The position numbers were made by a program, and so were the translations under genes. This document shows positions 15,361-28,522 of a stretch of 64,000 nt of DNA, in pieces; within the stretch, counting starts at the first letter, position 1; each line of letters opens with the position of its first letter. A model generated the notes under the pieces. That model was given only the letters and a program-made list of their open reading frames with translations. It searched no databases and was not told the DNA's origin. Location: the NCBI RefSeq assembly GCF_009914755.1, contig NC_060937.1; one strand, 5' to 3'. This stretch comes from the human T2T-CHM13v2.0 reference genome, Homo sapiens.

Positions 15361-17014
15361 CAATTCTCTATTATTAATTTTGACCCTAACTTCAGAGTAA
15401 CTGATGCTTTACTCCTCTGAGACAACACTGTATTACTTTTATAAGCCTGTGTAATGCACTTGCCATTGAGCTATTCATTACCTCATTCTTTCTCCTATTA
15501 GAATATGAGCCTCTTTAGGGTAGTGACCATGGCTTATTCCTCAGTATGCATGCACATTGTAGAACATAACTGACATTCAATCACTATATCCAGGGGAACC
15601 TGTTGGATAAAAAAAGAATAAATAAAAACTTGATATATTCACTCACCAAAATAAGATATCTTGAAAATATAGTTTGTTTTGGATTATTTATATACTGATT
15701 CACTGATGTATTTTCTAACATTTGAAAAAAAAGTAATATGGCTTCAGTCTGTAAATACTGTGGATGGCTGATATGATACTTTCTGCCATTCTTTGAATAA
15801 ACTATCATACAAAATCATTTTTTACAGAGTATTTTGCTGTTTTTTGGTAACTATTAGTTAAATAATAATATCAATATTATCAAACATAAAAATATCTCCT
15901 CTATCTTAAGGCAAACAGAAGCAAAGAATAATGCTGAAAAGTGGAGAAAAAATGCACATCATAAATTTAACACACTGTTTTCCCAGATTCCAAAATCCCT
16001 GTCCTCATGAAAACCAGGAAGGTAGCTACTTTTAGTGTTTCAAAAACCAAGTGGTACTTTTATTAAGCTATAATGAATCTGTATATACTTTATTTTCTTG
16101 TTTTTGTTGTAATTATATCAGCTATTTTGATACCAGTTAGATAATGGATGGAGGGAGGAAGAGAGGTGATAAATAAATGGTAGATAAATACACAGATAAA
16201 CAAATTAGTGATAAATATTATGATTATGAAATATAGCAAAATAAATCCAATTTGACAGTGGATGAAAAAAACTAATAAAATGATGCCTGTTGAGAATGTT
16301 TAAATCTATCTATCTACATATTTTGATTTCCAATAATGAGATTTCTAATACTTAAAAATAAAAGGAATTCCTTTTTGCTGATTCACTTATTTCAATGTGA
16401 ATCAAAGTCACTGTAAAAAGAAATTAAAAGTAATATGTAATCTGGCAACAGAAATAAAGCAAAGGTAGAAACCAAGTACTACAAGGGAAAAATTCTGATG
16501 TTGTCAGATGTCTTTTGGAATTGAGTATTTATCGTGTTTACTTCTGATTGTGAAGCAGGTTTTACTGGACATTATCTGTGTCAACAGAAAGTAAACTGGC
16601 ATAAGAATCTATTTCTTATTTCTCTCTGACTAGGTATCTGTAAAAGGAGACTCAGGTGGCCTAATGTAGTTCAAAGAAAGCTTACATTTGAAATGAAGAG
16701 GAACTTCACAGAGAATCCTGGCTGATCTCCCAGAATACTGTTACCTTGTTCAATTCAACACAGTCTAAAACTAGCCCTTAGTTTAAAGGCTAAGAAATCT
16801 GCTTTGCCAGCAATTGGCCCTGGAGTGTGAATCTGTCTGTGAGAGATGCATTCAGGTTAGGTAAGCACACAGAAAGTGGAAATATTTCCTTTAGTGTGAG
16901 AAATATGGCTGACATCAGGACAAGAGGGATTTTCTATGACTAAGCTCATCTTTCCCCACAGAAATTCTACAGGCAAGTCAAATTACACCTACTATGTACA
17001 TACATTTACATGTA

Positions 17015-17215
17015 AAGTATTGTTTTAAGTGCTTCACCTGGCATTATCTAATTTAACTCTCCCAGTAATCTCATGAGGAAGATATTCTTGGTAACCTCAT
17101 TTCACAGATGAGGAAACTAAAAGTCAGAGAGGTTAATTTCCAGTAAAATAGCTAGATAATTGGAGGAGCCAGAATTTGAATTCCAGTAATCTGGTTTGGG
17201 AATCGCTACTAATAT
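17015..17215 (-). mobile_element. MIR SINE
   Basis: catttcacagatgaggaaactaaaagtcagagaggttaa is the antisense MIR core; ggagccagaatttgaattccag follows. Confidence 0.85.
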
Positions 17216-19344
17216 GCAACATGTTACATTGCCTTTCTTAAAAGGAAGTATGATTTGACAATTTTATTTTCAGCTGCCTAAGATATCTTGATATTAATTT
17301 CTCCATAGTAGAGATACATTTGGAACCAGAAGAGTCTAACCTTTGGATCAGAACCCATTTTTTCTTAGACAATTTTTCAGTAGGTAATATAAGAATTTGT
17401 GATTATTCTCTATTTTATACATTTCCAACATAGTATTCTTTTTAGATATTTAAATATCAACATCAAGTTATGATCCAGTTCTAATTTTAAAGGCTTAAGA
17501 GGCAATTTTTGGTGGCCTTAATATCTTTTCTTTGATTCATTTCACACTGGTTTTATAATTTAACTCTCAGAGTGTTCTATTAATCGCAAATTATTAAGAG
17601 AGAAAAGTTTGTAAAACTATTCTGGTAACTGCTAAGTTAAGATGTCTTTAACTGCTTCTATTTTGCAAGGGCAAATGGGTAAATTGTCTTTTTCTCCTTA
17701 TTCACATTAGGGAGATAGAAAGAGTAGAGGAGAATCTTTCTTTCTTGTCAGTTTTCCTCTTTTCCATATTCTATAATGAGAGTTAAACCAAAATGATAAA
17801 CAACTAGAGCTTTAACCTTATTCATTATTGCAACCTCTAAGGGAAATTCTGCTTGACGTCTTTTAATTTTGCAATTAACAAAGAAAAATTTGACCTTGTC
17901 TGAAACTGTGTTTAATTGCCCAAAGTTCTCATTTAAAACAGTCTTTAAAGATTTGCACACCAGACCTCCCCACCATCCCCCACCCAGACGATCTTTTACT
18001 GCTATTGCAGCCTCAGTTCTATTGTACTCTGAGAGTGATTCAAGGTGAAATCCTGGATCTACATTGACTGTCTCTCTCACACAGAGTACGTCATTTTTCT
18101 TTGTCTTTTCTATAAACAGAATGTGCTATTCTTAAATTAGTTGCTGAAAAACTAAAGTATACAGAAGTGGAATGACTTAAGTAATAAATATACAGTTTTA
18201 GGTCTCAAAAATATTAGGTATCTTTTAATCCAGTATTTAATTTGAGTCTCTAATTTAACATGAGATTTAAGTAGGTCAGATATTGTATTAAATGTATAAG
18301 TGTAGAATCTGAGGTTCAGATATATTAAGCAACTGACTCAAAAACATAAATTCCCCAAATGAGGAATCAGGCATTTAAATCAGTATCTTTCCGATTCTCC
18401 CCTTCCTCTACCTCAAGATCACACGTCTGTTCAATCATTTAGACAGCAACAGACTTGTCAGAAAACAAAGCTAACATTTTCAATTCTGATATCTAGATTC
18501 TTTATTCCGTTTTCTCATGTGTCATTTATTTTGTGATTGTAATAAACCTTCGTAAACTAATTTTATATATGATGCTATAAAATACAAATCTTTAAAGATA
18601 AAAATATCCAAATGTAAAAATGAAATTATATAGAATTTGCATTTGCTTTTGGGTAGAGAAGGGGCACACTCTACTATTCATGTGATCCATATGTTTGGAA
18701 AAGCATCTGCACACCAGGAAGGTAAAATCTACTGCTGGAAACTGAAGACCCTCAGGCAGTGGTTATCTGAATACTAAGTATTTAGTGATTATGATGGGAA
18801 GGCAGAACAGGAACTTGTCTAAAATTCTGGGCTACCTTGAAAAGTCTTAAAGTGATAGCACACTTACTTCCAGTGCATTTCTATCTGAGGAGAAACGTCA
18901 AGAATGTACTCAGACTTAAAAAGGCATAGATTTTGGTCTATTTACATTAAATGTTTAAGTTAAAAAAGCACATGATGGAGTTGAAGAAAACTTGGTGGGG
19001 TATTAAATAAGAGAGATACATCTTCCCCCCTGGCACTTACTGAGATTTAGAAAAGTCGTGCCTCCACTCTGGATCTCAGATTTCTGATCAACAACAAGAA
19101 TAGGTAATGTGGGATGATCTCAACAGTCTCTTCCTTCTTTGAATTGCTTTTTCCCTCCTTTTAATCAACTACCATGCAATCAAAGTATGTTTACCAATCC
19201 AAGTTCTGGTTTACAGCACTCAGATAATTAAGAGACCCCTGCTCTGCTTATTTTCCCACATCATTGATTAAATTAATATCAATCTATTTCCACCATGTGT
19301 TTATCAAATAGTTTACATTTACTTCTCTTATAACTGTTAAAAAT

Positions 19345-19470
19345 TGGATTACTATCCCCACGTTATAAATGAGTATATAATGCTTTAGAAAGCTTTAGCT
19401 ACTTCTGTAAATTTTTCTTGCCAATGGCAAGAGTATCCTGGGCTTAGATCTCTGGTAATCTGACTTCCAA
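19345..19470 (-). mobile_element. MIR fragment
   Basis: tactatccccacgttataaatgag...gtaatctgacttccaa, degenerate antisense MIR. Confidence 0.45.
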
Positions 19471-21106
19471 TTTGTATGATGAATTTCTTAGCATCAGTTT
19501 ATTTTACACATTCAACAGGACTCTGACCTTGTTCCAGGACCTTGCAGAACTGAAAAATGGAAAGATAACTTATTTTGAAGCCAGATACACCTGGGATGCA
19601 TGTCTGTTATCATATAATTTAAATGATTTACTTCCCATATTTATTAATTGTAAATTTATTTTTTACTTTGTAAATTTTTGGATAAACCGAAAGGGGAATT
19701 GATGATACATAAAATTTTATGTACAACTGAGACAAAATAGACACCCTATAAACTGGTGGCAAAAGGGACTCAGTTTAGACTGTCATTTATGTTCCCAACA
19801 AGTACTACCAATATCTTGGCAATTTCTGGGAACAAAACTGATTTTCCAGGAAACAAGGGAATTGAAATGTCAAAATTAGAGAGGTATTATTTTGATTGGA
19901 CCAACATAATCTATTTCAATATAGATATTATTTTAAAATAATAGTATTCCTTTTTCATTTAGCTTTTTAATTGAGAAAATAAGCCCAATCTCTTTGCTAT
20001 CAAGTAAATTAATAGAACAATAGATATATTATTGATTCATTGTGAATCAAGATGTTTATATAATAGGGAAATTCAACTAAACTCCTTATGTATTTGCAAA
20101 TCTTTTATTATATTCTGCAAACTAAAAAAATAAGTACTGCTTATATTCATAAAACTAGAGTATACTTCCATATAGTCAGCAAAATATATATATTTATGTT
20201 TATATATATGATAATAAATAAATTAATTTGAGCTTAAGGAAAGAGATGCTTCATGTCAATTTACATTGCTCTGTATTTTTATGTTTATATGTGTGGCATT
20301 TAGGAGATTTCTTAAAATATATCTACTCAACATAAGAGGTTTATATGAATATGATTAAATACACAGTAATCTATTCATTATCTTAATTATTTGCATGGAA
20401 TGCAAATTATAGTTTGAAGCTATTCAATGTATTTTTGGAAAAGTCATGCAGAGCATCAACATTAAACAAGTATTTGCTTTCAATTAGGAATGTGTGACTT
20501 TCTTAGAACCAATCATTTGAAAATATAATTTGCACGCTAATTGTAAATTGCAAAGTCATCTTCTGGTTACACTGCTTCTAGGTCTTCTTTTTTTATGTTA
20601 ATTTTAACTTTTCATCTCTAGATGGTGCTCTAAGTACCTGCATTGCAGCTAGACATGTTAACAACACTGGGATAAAAGGCAAAAGAAACAAAAGCTTAAA
20701 AATAAAAAGTGTACTAGAACCAAATAAATTAACTTAGAAAAATTCTTGGAACTTTCGCTTTAGGCCAGAAAAGCATATGTTGTCAGGTGATTAAGCCCAT
20801 AACAGAGATGTTTGAATGCTGTCCTTATTAGAGTTAGGAAAACAACTACTGCAGAAAAATATTTAAATAGAGTTAGCAAATTCAGAATTGATATTTTTCA
20901 AACTAACTTATATGCCCTTTTTTACATCTATGTGTTGTATGCTAAATACTTGGTAAAAGAAGAAACAAATATACCTAAATACATTATATAACTATGAAGC
21001 AATTTTATTCAAGTTCTTTAAGATATCTTGGGACTAAAAACCATATCTAAAAAATGGATAACAAATAGCTAATCAGTTTTTGGTTTTTTAGAACTGTCTA
21101 TTACTG

Positions 21107-21430
21107 ACTGGCTAACTATGATCTGCAAGCCACACCCAGTCCATTTTATTATTTTGTCACATTCTAAACTAAGAACGCTTTGTATATGTTTAATTTTGTT
21201 TTTAAATCAAAAAATATAATGTTTGGAAACATAAAAATTATAGAAAACTGAAATTTCAGTCTCTATAAATAAAGTTTTATTGGAGCACTGCCAAGCTCAT
21301 TTGTTTAAGTGTTGTCTATGGTTTCTTTCCCACTATGACAACAGAATCTAGTACTGTGACAGGGACCCTATGTCCTGCAAAGCCTAAAATATTTATGTGT
21401 CCTTTACAGAAACATTTTGCAGACTTCTGG
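21107..21430. mobile_element. MER58B-like hAT-Charlie DNA transposon
   Basis: ataaataaagttttattggagcactgccaagctcatttgtttaagtgttgtctatgg and cctgcaaagcctaaaatattta...cctttacagaaacattttgcagacttctg terminus. Confidence 0.8.
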
Positions 21431-23793
21431 GTTGAATGAAAGTTGTTGACTGTTGAATGATCTTGTTCGCTGGTAACATTGTTATTGGGAAGAAAGCCAA
21501 AACAAGCTGAGCTCTAAACTAGTACCCTAAGTTAATATAATACTGTCATGTCAATAAGAAATTTTTAGTACATTTTAAATTTAGTACTTTAAAGAATGTC
21601 TTTAATAAAGCATCTTCTGAAGTTTATATCTACCCAGGAACAAAATAATATATTCAAAGATTTAAAATTCAGCCAAAGTCATCATTTGGCATCATGTAGC
21701 CAAGACAACAACAATGCAAACTCAATAGAATTTTAATGAATTTAAATGTGTTTTGTGAATCTGCTACTCTGGACTGTGTTTTATCCTATAATTCTCCCCA
21801 ATGTGATACTAGCATATTAATGAGAATTTGGTTCTCCTAAGTATGTTAGTTTTTATCAATTGTTCCAACAAAGTATTTCTTTTGAAGAAAATTACAAGAA
21901 TGTTATTTCTGCTGCTACACTTCAGAGCCTTATCACTCCCCTCTTTTATAATCCCTCTGACCTTTATTCTTATAATTATGTTATCTGTACTCCGAGTTGC
22001 AAATGAGAGAAACACAAATTCAAACCTACTTAAGAGGGAAAAAAAAGGATTTGTTGGAAGGACACTCAGGCATTTCATGTAATAAAAATGGAAATAAGAG
22101 TGGAATTATAAACATTATTCCCCCAATGTCATTTTGTATACTTAGCATCTTCGTGCTCTCTTTTTATGGTCATGAACAAATTTAAGAGTGATTAAAACAT
22201 AAGAAACACTAAGAATAAAATAAAAGTAATTTTGAAAGAAAAGATACTCCACCATCAAACTGTCTCTCATAAAATGAGGTCCCTAGCACAGGAAATGGTG
22301 ATGAAATTACACAAAAAACTGAGACCTTATATTTGCTGTTGTCTCAATTCTCTGCTCCATTTTATTGAGACAAATTATGCTGGGGTTGGAATTACCTAAA
22401 TTATAGAAGCACTGTTCATTGTAAGAATTGTGATGAAACAAAAAGTAACTGCATCAACACAAACTAGAAACCATCACATTGCACATTAAACTATTGAGGC
22501 TCCATTGATTTGTGTGTTTTTTCAACATACAGCCTTATCTTTGAGACAGATTTTAGAATCTACATCTAGTGCTATTTGATTTGTACTGGAATTCTACTAG
22601 GAGTAGAAATAATACTGGTATTATTGGGAATTTTATATTCAAGTAGTATATAGAAATGTGTTGTAATATACAGAAATTATTGACACAACCCATTTCTAAA
22701 TAATATAAATAACTAGAACACAAAGTATCCATCAAGATATTTCCTTTTGCTAAATGTTCATTTCAGGTTGCTACATCATCAATATGATTGACTGGGTAGT
22801 AATTAATTGGCAATTAATGTATAACCTAACACAAATAACAAGGAACAAATCTGATGACTAAGTATAGAAGTGACCATCTGAACAACACACTATCAAGTAG
22901 AAATGTATGATTATCCTTTTGTAAACATTCTAATAATCTATACTCATAAAAATGTATCCTGTAATGCATCAATTCACGGTTTTTAATGCACTTTTTACTA
23001 ATTTCTTCTGATTCAGCCTCTAAAAGAGGAAGTCTTATTATTTTTCCTTATAATAGCATTTCAAGTAGTTGTGTCTCACCACATTTTCCTGATTTTTCTC
23101 TTCCCCAGAGTAAAAAGAAGTCAATTTCTAGAGCATTTTCTATTATGATATGATTTTTTTTCTTATTCTCATTGTCTACTGACCAGATTTTAATTTGTCT
23201 ACATCTCTTTTAACATATAGTGCCTGAAAATTAAAGTACAAATTAGCTATCAATATCCCACTCTAAATACTATAATTCTATTAATACTATACTTCTGGCA
23301 GCTGTGTTACACTTTCTCTACAACTAAGGTACTGCCAAACAGTGTTCAAACTTTGTTTCACACTTGCTTCAGTTACATTTTGAATTCCCCATTCTCATTT
23401 CTACATAGTTTTTCATTATAAAAGCAGCTATATTAAGAAAAGAATGACCTCTCATAGAGTATGGTACACACATTTTAAGTTCTCTTTGAATATGGTTCTA
23501 TACATTTTGTTTGGGCAATGCACTGGGAGAAAGCCCTCATAAAAATAATGTGTACTTTACTTAAATATAATGACTTCAAACCATGTTGCAACTACTGTGT
23601 TCACTTACTATGCAAAACATTGTTAGAGATTTACATGCAAGAGAATGAAATTGGGCACTGATCTTACACCATACCCCAAAACTCAAAATGAATTGCAGTC
23701 TTAAACATACGACCTGAAGCCCTAAAACTCCTAGAGGGAAACAAAAGAGGAAAGCTTCTTGGCCTTAGTTTTGGCAATGTTTTCCTGGATGTG

Positions 23794-25196
23794 TGTTATG
23801 GAAAGTCAGGGACCCTGAATGGAGGGACTGGCTGGAGCCATGGCAGAGGAACATAAATTGTGATTTCATCTTAATATGGACATTTATCAGTTCTCAAATA
23901 ATATTTTTATAATTTCTTATGCCTGTCTTTACTTTAATCTCTTTTTTTGTTGTTGTTGTTGAGACGGAGAGTCTAGCTCTTTCACCCAGGCCAGACTGCA
24001 GTGGCGCTATCTCGGCTCACTGCAAGCTCCGCCTCCCAGGTTCACGTCATTCTCCTGCCTCAGCCTCCTGAGTAGCTGGGACTACAGGCGCCTGCCACCC
24101 CACCTGGCTAATTTTTTGTATTTTTGGTAGAGACAGGGTTTCACCATGTTAGCCAGGATGGTCTTGATCTCCTGACCTCATGATCTGCCTGCCTCAGCCT
24201 CTCAAAGTGTTGTGATTACAGGTGTGAGCCACCCCACCTGGCCTTTACTGTAATCTCTTAGTCCTTTTATCTTCATAAGCTGAGGATGTACGTCACCTCA
24301 GGACCACTGTGATAATTGTGTTAACTGTACAAATTGATTATAAAACATGTGTGTCTGAACAATATGAAATCAGTGCACCTTGAAAAAGAACAGAATAACA
24401 GCGATTTTTATGGGGCAACGGAAGACAACCATAAGGTCTGACTGCCTGTGGGGTCAGGCAAAAAGAGCCATATTTTTCTTCTTGCAAAAAACCTATAAAT
24501 GGACATGCAAGTAGGAAAAATATCACTAAATTATTTTCCTAGCAAGGAATATTAATATTAATACCCTGGGAAAAGAATGCATTCCTAGGGAGAGTTCTAT
24601 AAACAGCCACTCTGGGAATGCCTGTCTTGTGCAGTTGAGATAATGACTGAGATAAGCCCTGGCCTCCTGCAGAACCCTCAGGCTTACTAGGGTTGGGAAA
24701 ACTCAACCCTGGTAAATTTGTGGTCAGACAGGTTCTCTGCTCTGGAACCCTGTTTTCTGTTGTTTAAGACGTTTATCGAGACAATATGTGCACTGCTGAA
24801 CATAGACCCTTATCTGTGGTTCTGCTTTTGCACTTTGCCCTGTGATCTTTGTTGGACCCTTATCAGTGGTTCTGCTTTTGCCCTTTGCCCTGTTCCTTCA
24901 GAAGCATGTGATCTTTGTTAGAGCCTTATCAGTGGTTCTGCTTTTTGCTCTTTGAAGCATGTGATCTTTGTTCCTACTCTCTGTTCTTACACACCCTCCC
25001 CTTTTGAAACCCTTAATAAAAACTTGCTGGTCTGAGACTCAGGTGGGCATCACAATCCTACCAATATGTAATATCACCCCTGGCGGCCCAGCTGTAAAAT
25101 TCCTCTCTTTATACTATCTCTAGTTCTCAGCCGGCCAACACTTATGGAAAATAGAAAGAACCTATGTTGAAATATTGGGGGCGAGCTCCCCCAATA
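23794..25196 (+). mobile_element. Solo LTR MER11 (MER11A-like, ERVK/HML-8), split by an Alu
   Basis: Start tgttatggaaagtcagggaccc, end gaaatattgggggcgagctcccccaata, AATAAA at 25015. 6-bp TSD gatgtg 23788-23793 / gatatg 25197-25202. Confidence 0.92.
23944..24243 (-). mobile_element. AluY-family element inside MER11
   Basis: AluY diagnostics plus variant ccagactgcagtggcgctatctcgg. TSD tttactttaatctctt 23928-23943 / tttactgtaatctctt 24244-24259. Confidence 0.95.
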
Positions 25197-26955
25197 GATA
25201 TGGTATCCAAAACATGGGTAACAAAAGCAAAATACACAAGTGGTTCTACATCAAACTACATAGCTTCTGCAAAACAAAGGAAACAATCAATGGAGTAAAA
25301 AACAGCCTATGGAATGGTAAAAATATTTGCTAACTGTATATCTGATAAATGTTTAATATCCTAAACTTATTAAGAACTTCCACAACTCAATTGCAATTAA
25401 AAAACAATTTAACAATGGGCAAATGACTTCAATGGACATTTCTCCATGGTAGACACACAAATGGCCACCATGTATATGAAAAGATACTAAACATCATTAA
25501 ATCATTGGGTAAACGCAAATCAAAACCACAATATCAGCTCATGCTCATACCTGTTAGGATGACCATTATCAAGAAGGCAGAGAAAAAATACTGGCTAGGA
25601 TGTGCAGAAATTGGAAACCTTGTGCCCTGTTGGTGACAGTGTAAAATGGCACAGCTAGCTGCTATGGAAAACAGTATTTGCTTTCTCAAAAATTAAAAAT
25701 AGAAGTATTGTATAATCTAGCAATCCTGCTTCTAGATTTTTAACCAAAAGAATTGAAAAAATTATCTCACAGGAATATTTGCACTCCCATATTCATTGCA
25801 CAACTAGTCACAATAGCCACAAAGCAGAAAAAAATGTAAATGTCCATATATGGATAAATGGATGTAGAAAATGTGGTATATACATACAATGGAATATTAT
25901 TGAGCTTTAAAAGAGAAGGAAATTCTAACATATATCATGACATGGGTGAATCTTGAGGATACTATGCCAAGTAAAATAAGACAGTAATAGAAGGACAAGT
26001 ATTGCATGATTCCATTTACATGAGTTATCTAAAATAGTCAAATTCATAGGAGCAGAAAGTAGAATTTTGGTTGTCAGGAGTTAGAGGAAGGGGGAAATAG
26101 TTGCTGTTCAATGAGTATAGAGTTTTGGTTATATAAGATAAAAAGTTTCTAGAAATCTGCTACACAACAACACACATACAGTTAGCCAAACAAAAAACAG
26201 ATCTGATGTTTTTTTAGCCACAATAAAAAATAAACAAAGAACAGCAACACAATCTTTGTTATAGAGACGAAAGAAGATATTTTACTTTGAACATTTTTAA
26301 AAATAATTCTAATTAAATAGGCAATGAAACCATGCCTAAGACATTTTCCTAAAAGTGTACACAAATGATTGATGCAATTTTTCAATAGAGCATCTTGGAG
26401 TACAAAATAGCTCAAACGGTATAGACAAGATATTAGGAAAACGGGTTTCAGTCTTATCTGATATACTATATGGGAAACACTGGACCAGTTATTTAATTTC
26501 TAGCTTTCTCATGTCCAATAAGTAAAGAATACTGCTTTACTTGTCATTTCCCAGTTAATCTTACAATTCCATGCTTCCCCCAAATTTCTCGCAGTGCTTT
26601 TTGCTTGAAAGACTCTTATTTCCAATGCTGTTTTAAAAGTTTAATCTTTTCCTTCCAGTTTCCCCATATTTTTTTTTCATGTGTCCTCTGTGATATTCAC
26701 AGGTGTAATGATTTTATCATGCCATTTTCAAAGACAGTGAATTCTGAGCAGGGAAGGAAGAAGTAATGATACGTGGGCCAGTCAACAGATGTGTTGGTGT
26801 AGTGGTCTTGTGTTTCTCATAGAGGAGCCTGTTTTAGTCTTGGATTGTAGTTCAGATGGGCAACAGGAAGCATTTCCAGAAAAGCTCCTCTGGCGATTAT
26901 TCACTTGTATGAAAAATAAGTCACTATGACTGTTGTCAATAATACCATTTCAATA

Positions 26956-27020
26956 TCAGGTTGGTGCAAATGTAATTGCAGTTTTGCCACTAAAAGTAAT
27001 AGCAAAAACCACACAATTAC
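26956..27020. mobile_element. MADE1 (Hsmar1-derived MITE), right terminus missing
   Basis: tcaggttggtgcaaatgtaattgcagttttgcca-ctaaaagtaa-tagcaaaaaccacacaattac matches the MADE1 inverted repeat. Confidence 0.85.
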
Positions 27021-28480
27021 CACTCCTGATAGAGAAATTACCTGAAAATGTGCTGTTTCCAAGAGATTTCTCAGGAAATCTCTTCTGTTATAAATTTCTT
27101 CTGTTTCAGAGATATTAACTCTAGCTGCAGTCTTCATCCTTTAGCTCTCTTAGGTAAACTTTCATAAAATATTGCATTACTGTCCACCCACAAAATTCCT
27201 ATTTATTAGGATGTACATAAAATGTGTTTGTCTTGCTATGTGTCTTAATATACTTAATCTCTACTTAACAAGATGCTAGATGTAGAATTATAAGGTAGAT
27301 ATAGGGTAGATATAAAATTCAGTCCTGCTTGGCTTTTAAATGTCACTGTAAGCCTTTATTTTAGTGGTCATATTACACAACCAGAGTAGAAACATACATA
27401 TGACTTGTGAAGCTATTAATTTAGGTTGATTAAATACATGATCATCTTATTTTGTTTTGATTTGATTTTTACCTTCAAAATATGTTACAACCTTGTGTGT
27501 GTGAGCTGTGAAGTATTGGCTGAAAAAAAAACACTCAATCAATAGGCTGGGCTCTGGACCTAGGTCAACTCATTAGCTAAAAAACAATTTTTTAAAAATT
27601 TCCTCTAATGGTTTTACTCTGAAGGACTCCATGTACTTCCTTGATAATTCTACATCTTAGTTTCCCTACCTGAAAAATGAGTTAGATGAATTAGACCATT
27701 CTCAAAGTATAATATGACTTTACATTAAAGTGATTATATACTTTAGCATTTCTCAAATGACATTTTTGATTTGATCACATAAGATTAAACATCAAAATTT
27801 AAACAGAATAAGTACAAGCATTAAAACTATTCAACTATTATAACAAAAGTTGAAGGTTAAAAGCCGAAACCTCTTCTGTAGTAGAAAGGAAAAGTTGTTT
27901 ATATTTTTATTTAATAATGTTAATGGAATAATTTTAAATCCTACCCCTGTAAACTGAAAATTAATTCTGCATCTCTAGTGAGTTCAATAAGTTACTTAAT
28001 GCAAAAGTTTTGATTGAATTAAGGTTCCTTAATTTGTGTAGTGCCTAACACAAATTAAAATGTGTATAAAACGCTCTTGTGTGTATATAATTCCACTAGA
28101 TTGTCACCATTACACTGAGGTGTGTGCAGGGAAGCAGAAGGGAGCAAAGAGCGAGTTGTCTGGGAACTACATGCGGGCAATGCTGGGCATTTTAGTAATA
28201 GGTGTGGTATTAGCTCTCTTCTATCCAGGAGAAAACTACAGTAGTGAGAATGAAAAGACTGGTCCACGGGCACAAATCAAATAATTGAAAGGGTTTAATT
28301 CCACTAAAGTTACGCATTCAAACCCCATATTCTTTGTTTCTTCCTTTGAAAGATATTGGATTTCCGAAACACATAATTCTAATTCCATTTCTGCAGCTCA
28401 AATAATTGAAAATTGTTTTTGAAAGAAAATGGAAAAACATATTCTTTATTAATGACTAATATACTAAGATCTTATTTAAA

Positions 28481-28522
28481 ACAATTTATAATATAGAAAA
28501 AACAATTTATAATATAGAAAAA
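28481..28522. repeat. 21-bp perfect tandem duplication
   Basis: acaatttataatatagaaaaa x2. Confidence 0.85.

Larger units (their letters stand above)
23632..26233 (+). mobile_element. Old L1 (L1MA9-L1MB2-like) ORF2 end and 3'UTR, split by MER11
   Basis: Sense ORF2 3' sequence (aaaactcctagagg; ctacatcaaactacatagcttctgc; aaaatgtggtatatacatacaatggaatattatt) is continuous across the LTR. Ends cacaataaaaaataaa. Confidence 0.85.

Noticed and set aside
16643-16669. KGDSGGLM* translation resembling the trypsin-family GDSGGP catalytic motif
   Set aside because: The proline is missing, a stop follows at once, there is no downstream GIVSWG/PGVY-like sequence, and no other protease exon appears in the window; likely chance.
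24800-24975. Three ~55-65-bp imperfect repeats (cccttatcagtggttctgcttttg) that superficially resemble an array
   Set aside because: They are internal repeats of the MER11 LTR with no unique spacers; CRISPR is not applicable to primate DNA.
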